Origin: Azolla caroliniana
Taxonomy: Eukaryota > Plantae > Polypodiophyta
Assembly: GCA_043228905.1 (NCBI GenBank)
Contig: JBHGNT010000015.1
Location: forward strand, 9,982,001-10,046,000
Direction: 5' to 3'
Length of the DNA stretch: 64,000 nucleotides
A program made the position numbers and the translations under genes. This document shows, piece after piece, positions 11,326 to 25,405 of this stretch (its first letter is position 1; the number at the start of each line of letters is the position of its first letter). Below the pieces are notes generated by a model. That model was not told the DNA's origin. It made no database searches and was given only the letters and a program-made list of their open reading frames with translations.

Positions 11326-11576
11326 CGTTATGGAAGAAGTGTACAAAGCCATTGAAGACATCAACACTTGAATCTAGTTCCAAGAAAAGAAGGGGTGAAG
11401 GTAGTCGGCAACAAATGGGTATATAAAGTGAAGAGAAATTTTGATGGTTCTATTGCTAGGTATAAAGCAAGGCTTGTAGCAAATGGATTCGCTAAATCCT
11501 ATGGAGTTGACTATGAAGCAACATTTAGCCCTATTGCAAAAATGACCACAATTAGGGCAATCATTGGATTGGCCAA

Positions 11577-12336
11577 TGTTAGAAATCTAGCAAGCAAGCT
11601 CAAGTGTGTGAACCACTGCTTTGCTGCATCACTAAACCGTTTTTGTTAGAGAACACCGGGTCATTTGAAATAGGTAATATGTCGCATTTTAAGAACTGTC
11701 CATAAAAAAAGGCACAAAATAGGCCGTTTCATAAAAAGGGGTGCCGCATGTGTGAAGGTTTTTCAAAATTGAATCAAAATATATTGATTTTTAGCATGTC
11801 CATCTGGTACGATCCCCAAAGGAAGTGATCATGGACATATGGTTTGTGCTTATCAGCTGCCTACGAGGGCAATTGGATGAGGTTTGCAGCCATTCCAACG
11901 ACGTGGTCACTGCCCGTTTGCGCTTTTGGGCAGAAATGGTGGAACGCGCCTATGGTGACACAAGGAGGAAGTGGCCTGAGGTGGAACTACCAGCCCCCAT
12001 GCTGGCTGTTTCCGACTCACCTGCCTCCCTCCCTTCGTTGTAGGCCCCATGAATTGGATCGTACTAGCAAACGCTGAAGGGCATTGTTTTTAACTATAGG
12101 TATCTACTTACATTAAGTAGTTAGTCTGAAAGGCTATGTAAGTAGTCTCATTTTCTTGAACTTGATCGGAGAGAGATTCCCCGATTTCTGTATAAGCCTC
12201 CTTGTACACTCTTTTTGTAATAATCCGTCCTAACTAATGGGAAAGTAGCTTCATTTTGAAAAGAAGAAGAAGAAGGAAAGCGAGGTTCGAATAAAAAGCT
12301 ACTAAAAACAAAGTTAAGGGGACGGGTAAGGTTAAA
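11577..12336. repeat. LTR-like repeat sequence (family E start plus unclassified LTR-like DNA)
   Basis: TGTTAGAAATCTAG...CTCAAGTGTGTGAACCA at 11577 recurs at 46341 and abruptly truncates the copia RT. Internal boundaries uncertain. Confidence 0.45.
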
Positions 12337-13725
12337 TTCGACGAGATCTTTGCCCTGGTAGTAAAGATGACATCCATCCGGACGGTGTTGAGCATAACGG
12401 TAAGCATGGACTTCGAGGTAGAGAAACTGGACGTCAAGATGACATTCCTACATGGCGACCTCGAAGAAGAGATCTACCTGCAGCAACTGGAAGGATTTGA
12501 GAAGAAAGGGAAGGAGCACCTGGTGTGCTCGATGAAGAAGAGCGTATACGGACTGAAGCAAGCTCCCCGACAATGGTACTGGAAGTTCAACTGCTTCATG
12601 ATCGACCAGGGGTAGCACAAGACGCAAGCCGACCACTACGTGTTCGTGAAGAAATTTGACAGAGATGACTTCATGATACTCCTACTGTATGTAGATGACA
12701 TGTTGATCGTCGGACCAGACCGAACCAAAATCGGAAATCTGAAGAAGGCTTTGAACCGGACCTTCACAATGAAAGATTGGGGTCCGGTGACATAGATATT
12801 GGGGATGCATATAATCCGAGACCGGTCGAAGAAATTGCTATGGCTGTCACAGGAGAAGTACGTGACACTTCCGGCAAACTGCAAGTTGTCCGGAAAGCAG
12901 AGCCCGAAGACAAAGGCAAAGAAGTCAGATATGATGAAGATACCATATGTCTTTGTCGTCAAAAGCTTGATGTATGCGATGGTGTGCACCCGACCAGATA
13001 TCGGATACATAGTCGAAGTGGTTAGCCGGTACATGAACAATCCGGGAAGAGAACATTGGAATGCGGTCAAGTGGATACTCTGGTACTTGAAAGGCACCTC
13101 AAGTATGTGCCTCCAGTTCGGCTCAAGTAAACCCCAACTGGAAGGCTTTACGGATTTAGATATGTCGGCTGATGCGGATACCAGCCGGTCCACATCCGGA
13201 TACGTCATGACATATGCAGGGGGAGCCGTATCGTGGCAGTTGAGGTTGTAGAAGTCCGTTGCATTGTCAACAACGGAAGCGGAGTACATGGCAGTTGTGG
13301 AAGCCGGCAAGGAAGTAATCTGGATGAAGGACTTCATCGGAGAGCTAGGGATCCGACAGGAGGAATACCGCCTCTACTGCAACAACCAAAGTGCCATCCA
13401 CCTTGTTAAGAATGCGGCCTACCATTCCTGGACCAAGCACATCCAGAGAAGATATCATTGGCTCTGAGAGAAGGTAGAATATCAAGACTTCTCATTGACA
13501 AAGATCCACATGGAGGAGAACGGGTCAGATATGTTGACCAAGGTGTTGTTAGCCGACAAACTAGACACGTACCGGAGACGGAACAAACTAATGAGAAATC
13601 CCATGCCGGAGTGAAGGGGGAGTTTGTTGGGAGTTCGGTCCCACCGGATGAGATCCAGTGTGAACCGGATCTAGGGACATATCTGCAAATATGTTTCTAG
13701 TGTGCCTATAAAGGCTATATATTTG
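12337..13725 (+). mobile_element. Ty1/copia family D 3' fragment (RT, RNase H, PPT, start of 3' LTR)
   Basis: FDEIFALVVKMTSIR, LDVKMTFLHG, YGLKQAPRQWY, LLYVDDML, STTEAEY, TKHIQRRYHWL, with stops. PPT GAAGGGGGAG at 13613-13622. LTR begins TGTTGG at 13625. Confidence 0.9.
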
Positions 13726-14070
13726 TTAATGATTACGACTCAAAGTTGGAAAAGGCTTTTGATTGTTCGGCTCCTATGGCGAGGGTGTGTAGTATTGATT
13801 TGGCCTATCGTAAGGTGCTCAGGCTACTGCCTTTGTCGGTATATTGTTGGTTCTGCAATGATCGGAGTTACTCCTCCGCGACCAGCCGAATCGTTCTGGG
13901 AAAAAACCGGTCCTGCTGGATCTCCTCGGCTGCATGCTGGTAGGCCTCACGCCTCTGCAGTCTCTCGACTAGTCTTCTCACTCGTTCGACGACTAGGTCG
14001 TTTGTCGGTCTAGTCATCCATGCCTTGATGTTCACTGTGCTCTGCAGGAATCGTGGTCGCCAAAACTCTG

Positions 14071-14176
14071 TGTAAAAGTTAGCGTGCAGAAGCTTATGCC
14101 AAATTGGATCTGCTAGATAGTAACAGTAAAGAGAAGAAGAAGGTTTAATGGAAGCTTAACATAGAGAATAAGCATA

Positions 14177-14212
<36 letters not shown>

Positions 14213-17200
14213 CAGAACATAAAACTATATTCAAACTAACACTCTCAATATTCTGTACATAGAATGTGCTCAGAGATCACTTTTATACAAGTGCATAAAG
14301 GACTGATAGGTACTTCAATGCTCACATGAGCGGCTATCACTAACTCCCAAAAATATGCCTACATACTAGGCTGGATCCGTAGGGCTCTAACGGCCTACCG
14401 GTTTCAATCCGATCCAGCTCCTAGTTCCAAATATCATCCGGACACCGATCCGGCACCTAGTTCCAAATATCATCCGGACACCGATACGGTTCTCCGATCC
14501 GGATACCGATCCGGTTGAGTTTGCTCGCTCAACACTCCCACTCAAGCTCAACTTGAGGTCAGATCGTGGTATTAGTGTTTATAGTAGTCGGTCCTTTCCT
14601 CCGGCTTCTTCTGACATCCTCCCGCCATGCTCGCGCTCCTCGTCCGGTCTAGTTCCACTTCCCACAACCCATCCGGTACTGCGCACCTCGACCTCCTTGG
14701 TTGGCATGTCTGCTCAACATGCCCATTTCAGCTCCTTCGTTGTTATGACTCTGACGTTTGTCAATCCATCGGTTCCTCCGTGTCGGTGTCGACTTCCGCT
14801 GCCTTCTCATTTGGTTGGCCTTTAGTTGATCCAGCTTCTCCGAATCTTGAACCGAATCGGCTTCCTCTGATTTGGTCTAGCTCTTGTCCAAGTTGGTAGT
14901 CTCCAACTTGTCTTCCGTTTTTAGGCCCTTCACCACATCGGACCACGTCCGGCTCTTGGCCTTCTTCCGGTTGGCTCTGTCCTTCTTGACTCTACCACCG
15001 CTACCGCTTGCTCTGACTTGTTTGGATGTGCCGACTTGTTCGGTTGGCTCGGCTTCCTTTTTATGCTGATCTCCCCTCTTGGTTCTATCTTCCTCTCCGG
15101 CTCCTTGTCCGGTGCCATTCATTCTCGTTCCCGTTCTCCCCCTCAAGTGCTGCAAATTGAGATGTTGAACGCAGAGCATCTTCGAAAAATGTTGCAACTT
15201 GTCCGATCTGAGCGGCTTCGTGAAGATGTCGGCAACCTGGGGATCTGTGTGAACATACCGAAGTTCAACTTCATCACTCAAGTCCCGCTCACGAACAAAG
15301 TGATAATGCACTTCTATGTGCTTTGTCCGAGCATGGAATACAGGGTTATGGGCGAGTTGTATGCTGCTTACATTGTCACAATAAATCAGGATCGGGGTCG
15401 GCACCTCGATCCAGAGGTCTCGCAATAGTCGACAAAGCCAGATGGCTTCAGAGGTGGCAATGGTAGCGCCCCGATATTCAGCCTCAGTGCTCGATAGAGC
15501 CACTGTTGACTGCTTTTTGCGGCTCCATGCAACAGTCGCGCTACCAAGAGAAAACATGTAACTGGAGGTGGATCGGCGATTCGATGCATCACTAACCCAG
15601 TTAGCATTTGTGTATCCGACTAGCTCTTCAGTTATACCATACCGGTATAACAGTCCCTGGTCCTTCGTGCCACTCACATACCGCAATATTCGATGCACGC
15701 ACTGAAGGTGCTCCACGGTTGGCTTCTGCATGAATTGGCTAATCACTTCGACTGGATAACAAATGTCGGGTTGGGTGATTGTCAAGTAGATAAGGCTTCC
15801 GACAATTTGTCGGAACCGTTTCTCATCATAAGCCGGTTCAGAGTCAAGACGTAGCTTCAGGTTCTGGTCCAGGGGTGTGGAGATCGGTCGACATTCAGTC
15901 ATGTCGAACTTCTACAACATATTCAACACATAATGGCGTTGTGAATGCAATATGCCATCGGGGGTTCGGATCACCTCAATTCCAAGAAAATAATGAAGGT
16001 CCCCCATGTCCTTCATTTCAAATGCGTCCGACAATTGGGACTTCACTCGGCCGATTTCAACGAGTTCGGGTCCGATGATGACTAAATCATCTACATAAAG
16101 CAAAATGCAAACCGGACTGTCCGGACCATTCCGGATGAACAATGAAGAATCAGACTTTGAGGCTGCAAACCACATCTTACACAACCGGTGCGTGATCTTC
16201 GCATTCCAAGCTGGAGGGGCTTGCTTCAGACCGTAAAGCGACTTTTTGAGTCGGCACACTGCCGACTTGTTCATCTCCGATTGGAAACTGGGGCGTTGGA
16301 TCATATAGACCTGTTCTTCAAGGTCACCTTGAAGAAACGCATTCTTCACGTCCATTTGGTGAAAATGCCATCCCCTTGCCGCAGCAACCGCTAATACCAC
16401 ACAAACCATCGTCATCTTCGCTATCGGAGCGAAGGTCTCGTCGTAGTCGATTCCGTGGGTCTGTGTGTATCCCTTCGCCACTAACCGGGCCTTGTACTAG
16501 TTGACCGAACCGTCGGTGTTGTACTTTACTTTGTACACCCATTTGCAACCGATCAGTTTGCACTGTCGGGGAAGGTCAACCAGGTCCCATATATCGTTGG
16601 CATCTAGTGCCCACATTTCTTCCTCCATAGGAGCACACCAATTTGCATCTTTTGTTGCTTCTGTGTAGCTCTCCGGCTCACGCACTTCTGTCACGTTAGT
16701 CATGTATGCATAGTGATGCGCCACGTACTCATTGTATGCGTACCTCTGAACGGGGTTCTTCTGACGGATTGAGCGGTGTAACTTTCCGTTAGCTGGTTTG
16801 ATTCACTTCTTGGCCGGTTCAGACTTCCTTTTTGAAGATCCGCTTTCTTCCTTTCCAGGTCAGATTTGTTCCTATCCGACCCTTCACTGCCGGTGTTGTA
16901 TTCCGACATCTTCTTCTTCCCCTTCTCTTTGCGCGTGAACCGTCTCCTTGGTTCCTTGCGCAGGAAGAGCACGATAGAGTCTCCACTACTCGCCGGTTCT
17001 TCATCCGATTGGTCATCCCGACTTAGCCGCTCATTCAGTCCACTTAGCCGGAATGAGACCGGATTCTCTTCTAGAGTGCCGAAGTCTTCATCTTCTTCCT
17101 GGACCTCCTCGGGCTCACAAGCCTCATCTTCCTGAATCGGGTCTTCGTCGGGAGTTGGGGTTGGTAGGGTGTACCATGATGCCGACTCAGCAAACTCGAC

Positions 17201-18184
17201 ATCTCGACTTACTCGTACCTGTTTCGTCCGGGGGTTATAGTACTTATACCCCTTTTGCTCATGCGAGTAACCGACTAGGATGCACTTCTCAAACTTCGGA
17301 TCTAGCTTCTTCCGCTTCTCATTCAGTACATGTACATATGCTATGCTACCGAATATCCGAAGGTGCCTCAAATTTGCCTTCCACCTGAAATACAGCTCAT
17401 GTGTTGACACATTGTCTCCGATCTGGTTTTGCATGTAGATGGCCGTCCGGACCGCCTCAGCCTAGTGGAATTGGGGCATTCTCTTCTCCTCTAGCATTGC
17501 CCTTGCCGCATCGACAATTGACTGGTTCTTCCTTTCGGCCACACTATTTTTCTCCGGTGTGTATTTGCAGCTGACTTCTCTTCGAATTCCATTTTGTTGT
17601 AGATAATTGTTGAATTGGCTGGAAAAGTATTCTTTTCTGCCATCCGAACGCAGGCGCTTGATCTTCCTCTCTGTTTCCCTTTCGACTAAACTTTGAAGGT
17701 TCCGGAAACAGTCGAAAACTTCGCTTTTCTTCTTGATGAGGTAGATTCACGTGTGCCGGTTGTAGTCGTCGATGAAGGAGACAAAATATCGACTCCCGCC
17801 AAGACTAACGTTCTGTGCCGGTCCCCATACATCCGAATGGATTAGATCAAGCTTGTTATGGCTCCGGTTTCATTCGGTGGGGAATGGAAGTTGGTGTTGC
17901 TTCCCGAGTTGGCATGCTTCACATATTTGGTCCTTCCGACCACTAAACTTCGGCAATCCGAACACAACTTGTTTCGATTGTAGATCTTCAAGCCTTCGGT
18001 AGTTGACGTGGCTGATCCGCTTATGCCAGAGATTGATGTCTGATTCAATCTTCTAACCTTTGGCGGTGCCGACATCATTTGTGTTGAGGATGAACATCCT
18101 CCCTTCCTTGCGCCCTTGCACTATTATCCCTGGGCCTTCTTCCTCGATGAAGCACCCGAGGTGTGTAAACCGCACCTGCATTCG
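14071..18184 (-). mobile_element. Ty1/copia family B, 3' two-thirds (integrase, RT, RNase H, 3' LTR 14071-14534), disrupted
   Basis: ORF pieces 16700-17434, 16497-16724, 15912-16481 (QMDVKNAFLQG, LLYVDD) and 14877-15902 (RNase H). PPT next to 14535. LTR TGTAAAAG...CTCAACA. Confidence 0.93.
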
Positions 18185-19630
18185 TTGAATAGGGTTTTAT
18201 GTTCTGCTCTCTCTCTCTCTCTCTCTCCTATGTATGCTTATTCTCTGTGTTAAGCTTCCATTAAAGCTTCTTCTCTTTACTGTTTCTATTCGGTAGAGCC
18301 GGTTTGGCATAAGCTTCCGCACACTAACTTTTACATGGTATCAAAGCTCGAGGGTTGAGAACCTCTACAGCCGACGAGCGACTAGTGAAGACAAACCCTA
18401 ACACCCAGTGAAGAACAGAAGAGAACCTAAGATGGACAGAGGAATGGCAAGTTCACTTCCGACGGAAAAGCTCGACCAGAGCAACTATGCATCCTGGTCA
18501 TATAAAATGCACTAGTACCTGCTGAGGCATGGATATTGGAGCTATGTGGAAGGAACCAACGAGGTAGCACCGGAGTCGGCACACAAAGACTTCCTGGCAT
18601 CGGAGCAAGGAGCGAGCAGAGTATTGTACTGCCTCGCGTCTGGTGTGCATGATCAAATGCTCGGCTACATCAAGGATGCAAAAACGCCAAAGGAGGCCTG
18701 GGAAAATCTTCGGAAGATTTTCGCCACGAGTACCATAGCCCTTAAGTTGCAGCTCCGACAGGAGCTGAACAACATCCGGCAAAGAGATATGTCGGTTACA
18801 GACTACATCACTAAGATAAAGGAGATTTGTGACGAACTCGGGTCCATCAATGTGACGGTGGACGAAGACGAGATGAGATGGTTCAAATCTGGCTCGGTGG
18901 TCTAGCACAATGGTACGGGTCAATCCGAACGACAATTTGCACCCGGGAGAAGCCACTGTCCTTTTTCGACTTACAATCAATGTTGATGGTCGAAGAAAAC
19001 CACGCAAGTGGGTCGAGGACCACTCAATCGGACAACAGGATGATGTACACGGAGGTGGATCGGTCCCGTGGGCGTGGAGGACGAGGTGGGTCAGCATTTA
19101 ATGGAGGCGGCTGACAAGAGAAAAACCGAAGGCACAGAGACAGTGCCGACAGTAGTTCCGAAACCTCCACAAGCAGGGGGAGTCATAACGGTGTCGGAAA
19201 CCGGCAAGGAAAGGCTGACACAGAATGTTGGTACTATGGCAAGAAAGGCCACAGAGAAAGCGAGTGTTGGAAGAAGCGTGCCGATTCAGATAAATCCGGA
19301 TCTGGCCAAGCCGGTCGGCAAAACCGGCAAAGTTCACACTATACGGAAGGATCTGAAGGATCCGAAACCGGGAAGACCGGAAAAGGGCCAACCTTTGTGA
19401 TGAAGCACAAGGCAAACTCGATGAAGAAGACTACTTTTGGATCGGAGGAAGTATGGTACGTTGATTCCGGAGCGTCCAACCACATGACGAGCCATGAAGA
19501 GTGGTTTTCTTTATTGGAGAAATCAGAACAACCGGGGATTGTCGAAACTGGAGACGACACCCCTCACCCAATTGTGCATGTCGGAGAAGTCTCTTTAAGC
19601 CATGTCGGACAAAAGGGAAAGCTGATGAAC
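18185..19630 (+). mobile_element. Ty1/copia family B, 5' part (half LTR 18185-18335, PBS, gag, protease)
   Basis: LTR end CTTTTACA then TGGTATCAAAGC (18336-18347). gag from ~18432 (MDRGMASSLPTEKLDQSNYASWSYKMH). Zinc knuckle CWYYGKKGHRESEC. Protease WYVDSGASNHM. Ends at KGKLMN. Confidence 0.9.
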
Positions 19631-20120
19631 ATAGAGCTCGAGGTTTGAAAATCCTCTAGTACGGACAGAAAGCTCTAGATAGACGAAAACCTAACTTCCG
19701 GTAAACAACAGACAAAAGACTAGATGGACACAGGAATGGCTAGCTTGCTTACGATGGAGAAGCTCGACAAAAGCAACTATGCATCTTGGTCTTACAAGAT
19801 GCACCAGTACTTGCTGGGGCACGGTTACTGGAGTTATGTTGAAGGAGGAAACGAAGTAGCACTGGAGCCGGCACACAAGGACTTCCCTGCATGGGAGCAA
19901 GGAGTGAGCAGAGTGTTGTACTACCTTGCATCCTGTGTGCACAATCAAATGCTCGGCTACATCAAGATGCAAAAGCGCCGAAAGAAGCATGAGAAAATCT
20001 GCGCGGCAAGCACCATGGCCCGGAAGTTGCAGCTCTGACAAGAGCTCAACAACATCCGACAACGGGATATGTCGGCTACCGACTATACCACTAAAATAAA
20101 GGAGATCTACGACATGCTGG

Positions 20121-23100
20121 TGTTGGGGACAAGGCCGTCACTGTGGAAGTGCAAGCAACATTCGTGATGAAGAAGAACCTGTGTATGCATGAGCAAGATA
20201 GACACAAAGGGAGAGAGAGAGAGAGAGAGGCACAAAGGAAACGTTATATTCCAATAGCAACTATTACAAATGACAACCAACCTTCACTAAAGGTTACAAA
20301 GTCACTTTATATAGTGACTATCCTAGGGCAACTGCCCTTTATGCTATTTATAGAAATAGGCCGAACTTGGCTTGTCCAAAGGGACAGTGTGAATACGGCC
20401 ATTATACACTCGTATTCGACACTCCCCCGTAATGGGCGTATACATGGGTTATCTTAAAGAATTATAGGTATATATACAAGCTTTATCGAACAAATCGGTT
20501 TTGATAGAGTCGGAAAGATCCGAAGACAGAAGACCGAATCGGTCGGGTCGGAAGAGCTAAAGCCGATCCTCAGAGAACCGATGTCGGTGGTCCGAAACCA
20601 TCCTGTGTTGTGTGTCCGACTTTAACCGGACCGATTTTTCGTTACGCCCATCCGGTGCCGAAGGGACTGGAAACGATCCGCCGAAAGACACTTAGTCATT
20701 CCATCTGCGACATTATCAGTTGTGGATATCTTCTCGAGACCGATTTTCCCTGAAATGACGTAGTCCCAAACGAAGTGATATCGAACGTTGATATGCTTAG
20801 AGGCGTTGTGGTGAACGGGATTTTTTGACAAAGCAACAACACCCTGACTATCGCTCTAGACAACTGGAGCCGAGTCGGAGTCGACCTGCTGAAACGTGTG
20901 CGCCAGCCGACCGAGCCATAAAGCTTCTTTTGCCGCGTCGGAAGTAGCTACATATTCCGCTTCGGTCGTTGAGGTGGTTGTGCACTCCTGAAGTTTTGAC
21001 TTCCACGAGATTGCTCCATTGCCAAATTTGAAACAATATCTGGTTGTTGATTTCTGACTGTCCACACAGCCGGCGAAGTCCGAGTTGGTATAACCGACTA
21101 CGCCTGAGGTTGAGTTCGGGCCGAAAAGAATGTCGTAGTCTTTTCTGCCAGCTAGATATCTGAACACATGCTTGACTGCGTTCCAGTGCGATCGGCTGGG
21201 GTTGTGTATGAATCTGCTGACGAATCCTACAACGTGAGAAATATGAAACCGTGTCGTGACCATCGCGTACATGAGGGAGCCGACTGCCGGTGCATATAGT
21301 ACCGACTTCATATCTTTCCCCTCCGGATTGGATGTCGGACAGTCTTGCTGAGACAACCGAAGGCGGATGGGGAGCGGGGTCAAAGCAGACTTGGCTGATT
21401 GCATGTTGAAGCGTTCTAAGACACGTCCGATATAGTTGGTTTGAGACAAGAAAAGTTGTCGTGTATCGCGATACCGACTAATCTTCGTACCAAGTATGTG
21501 TCTTGCCGGACCGAGGTCCTTCATGGCAAACCTCGACCACAGTTGCCGATTGAGTTCGGTGAGCTCTTCGGCATGCCGACCGGAGAGTAGCATATCGGCC
21601 ACGTAGATGATGAGGAAGACGGGAGACCCGTCTTGAGCTGTTTTGGTGAAGAGATAGTGGTCCTCATCGCTCTTTGAGAAGCCGACCGATTGGATGAGGT
21701 CGTCGACCTTCTTGTACCACTGTCGGGGTGCCTGTTTTAGGCCGTAGAGACTCTTCTTGAGTCGGCAAACTAGATGTTCCTGGCCGGATGCCACAAAGCC
21801 TTTCGGCTGCTCCATATAGATTTCCTCCTATAGGTCACTGTGGAGGAATGTCGTTTTTACATCTAGCTGAATCAGCTCCAAGTTGTCGGGTCGTCATTTT
21901 CACCACTGGTGAAAACATTTCGTCGAAGTCGATGCCATATTCTTGTTGAAATCCCTTCGCAACTAATTTGGCCTTGTACTTTGGGGTGGTCGAGTCGGAT
22001 GTCTCTTTTAGTTGATAGACCCACTTACACGGAAGAGCACGTCGATTCTTCGGTAATTCGACCCAGTCCCAAGTCTTGTTTGCCCGAATGGAGTGCATTT
22101 CCGACTCCATCGCTAGATGCCATGGGGCTGAATTGGCAGATGCCGATGCTTCTTCTTAAGACGTCGGTAAAGAAAATTCCGGGAGAGTATCTCGCCGGAG
22201 GTTGCGACAGTCTCTCGGATCTGCGAGATATGACTGGACTAGTCGCACCGGGTGTCAATGTCGAATGGTCGGGAGCCGAAACATTCGGTTGTGCCGAATC
22301 GGTGGATTTGGTACGAGATTTGTCGATTACCCGTGAAACCAATCTCATGTTGTGGGTTGGGCCGTCATGAAGGGTTGGCACTTCGGAAAATATTACCCTT
22401 CGGACTTCAATAGTCCTTTCGGTCGTTTTATGCATAGTTGACTCATTGAACATGACGTCCGAACATCGAACGATTTGTCTGTGCACGGGGTCCTAGAGTC
22501 GGTATCCAATATCGTTGTCGGGTTCATATCCAAGAAAAACACATTTCCTTGACCTTGGTTCGAGTTTCTTGCGGTCGTCTTTCGGTATAAGAGCATACGC
22601 CTCGCAACCAAAGATCCTCAGTTTGACATAATTCGGCTTATTGCCGGTCCATATTTCTTGAGGTATTTGAAGTCCTAGAGGTCTACTTAGCGACATATTT
22701 ATTATGTGTACTGTCTTAAGTAGAGCCTCCGCCCAGAATCCATCCGACAGTCCGGAGTGTTGGAGCATGTATACTACGCGTTCTTGAATCGTCCGATTCA
22801 TGCGTTCACCAATTCTGTTTTGCTCCGGACTATAGGGTGCCGTATATTCACGTCGAATGCCGCGATCCCGACAGAATTTGACGAATTCTTCACACTTGAA
22901 TTCTCCTCCAATGTCGGTTCGGAAACATTTCAATTTCCGACCTGTCTGATTTTCGACCATTGCAAGCCATTCGGAGAAGATCGAGAACACTCGATCTTTG
23001 GTTCTGATGGGGTAAGCCCACACCTTCCGAGTCGAGTCGTCAATAAAACTAACGAAGTACGAAGCAACGCCGAGAGACTGATGTGGCATCGGGCCACAAA

Positions 23101-25370
23101 CGTCCGAGTGGACCAAATCGAGGGGACTCGATTCTCTTGGTGCTGATGTTGGGTGTGATGTGGCTACCTGTTTGTCGTACTGGCAATGCTTGTAGAATTG
23201 GTGATCCGAGAAGGAGATTTTGGGGATGTAACTGGCTCTGGATAGGTGTGTTATGCCGGCCTTGCTGAGGTGTCCAAGTCGTCCGTGCCATAACAATGAC
23301 ACAGGGATTTCAACCAAAAATAAGTCACCCTCTTTGAGTCTGATATATAAAGGATACAAGGAATGTACCTTTCGTCCTCGAGCAAGTAGGAGGTTCCCTT
23401 TGTGGAGTGTCCAACCTCCTGATGAGAATCCGGCACGGATGCCGGCTTCGTCAAGTTGTCCGACTGAGATCAAGGGTCTTGAAAGCTCAGGAACGTGTTG
23501 GACATTGTGTAGTACGAGTGTAGAGCCTCTCGGAAAATTGAACTCTACGGTGCCGATTCCGATTATAGCAGTGTTGCAAGTTTCCAACTCGAACTGAGTC
23601 GGAGTGCCGGTTCGAGTATTGCCGAAACTGAGATCGGTGAGGTGTCACACAATACGATGCGCCCGAGTCCAGGAGCCATGTGCTCGATTCCTCAGTCATA
23701 AGCAGAACTTTTGATTCGACTGGGTTCTCTATGGACAGTATGTTCGGGTCGAACGTCAAAATTTTGGCTGAAGAGCCGACGTAGTTGACCTCCTCCTGCC
23801 AGCTATTCTTCTGATCCGCTCTCTGAGCTTTGTTGGTTTTTGCTTTGAGTGCCCGACAATCGGCTTTGATGTGTCCCGGTTTCTTGCAATAGTTGCAGAT
23901 TCGGTTGTCCCGGGACCTGCTCTAGGTTCGCTGATTGTTCGGCGGTCGAGAAGAACTTCTTCCCCGATTGTTCGATCGGTCGGTCAAACCTTGTACTACG
24001 TAAGCTTCATCTACCGAGTCTTTGGCGAAAGACTTTCTCCGAGCTACTTCAGTCATGATTGCGCTCGTGACTTCGGAGTATTTAACGGCAACTGTTGAAG
24101 CATTGCACACGATTGTAACGAAAGTTTCCCATGAAGAGGGGAGACTACTCATGACTATCATTGCTCTGAGTTCATCCTCGATTGTCGTTCCCTGAGACGA
24201 GATTTGGGAGCTCATGGTTTCGTACTCGTTGAGGTGTGCCTAAACCGAATTGGATTCTTTCATCCGCAAGTTGTAGAGGCGCCGGATCAGATACATCTTC
24301 GTTGCGGCAACCTTCTTTTCATAAGTTTCCGACAGTGTTTGCCAAAGTTCAAACGCTGTCGTGCATGATTGCATTGTGAAGTACACTGACTCCGACAAGT
24401 GCATCCGAATCGTGGCGCGGATGATTCTGTCCAGCTTTAGCCACTTGTTTGCCTTGTATGCTTCTGGAGGATTTTCATTCTCAATCGGGTCTATCTGACC
24501 CTTGACTATGAGATAGTCCTGCATTTGTCCCTTCCAGAAGTTGAAATTCGAACCGTCGAACCTCCTTAGACTCATCTCCGATGAGCCGGATGTTGATGCC
24601 ATCTTCTTCGGTTTTGGTTGGTAAGACTCGGTTTGGAGTTGACTACGAACCTTAGTGCGGTGCAGCCGGTCGACTCACCCAATATCGTTCTAGTCGGTTT
24701 TGAACCCGAGTCGGTTTGGTTTCGGATCCTTGTTGCTAAACTTGCTTGGAGTGACTCCGGTAACTTGTGGGACAGAACCGGTTGGTCTTCCCTAATGTTG
24801 CCGAGTCAGAGTGAGCCCAGTTAGCTTCCGATTGTATGTCGCATACCGATTACACGAAACCGATTGTTTTGGCCGATTTTGCTTCCGATGACTGCAGCGA
24901 TGAGAGGGACGAATCCAATTGATCCTCCCGAATGTCCATCAGCCAAGTGAAGCATGAAGTGTTTCCAGGAGACCAATCTGCAGCAAGTGGTTACAGCAAG
25001 CGGGTGTATAGCGTCCGGTGACCTATTCGGATGTTGTTTAACCGAATGAAGCACGATTGGGTCGATTGTTGCTCAAGGAGCTCCCCTCAAGCGGTTACAA
25101 TAACAGGAACAAAGTATAACTGATTGGCTTAATCCAATTTGTGATTTAACACAGTGAGATGCGAGGTTTTTGTTTTTTTTCTCCCTTCTCTTTTCTTCAA
25201 AGAAAACGAAAACAGAATGTTGTGTTGTGCGATGAAGGCTGGCAGCAGGTTGAAGAACTTCCAATGCTTTGATACCAAATGTTGGGGACAAGGCCGTCAA
25301 TGCGGAAGTGCAAGCAACATTCGTGATGAAGAAGAACTTGTGTAGGCATGAGCAAGATAGACACAGAGGA

Positions 25371-25405
<35 letters not shown>

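Larger units (their letters stand above)
10380..11576 (+). pseudogene. Old copia pol relic (integrase-RT linker and RT start), interrupted by LTR 10552-11325
   Basis: RRSRRLRHPISRLVYDSYMDRHYVFM before the LTR. MEEVYKAIEDINT and KWVYKVKRNFDGSIARYKARLVANGF...FSPIAKMTTIR after it. Confidence 0.8.
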
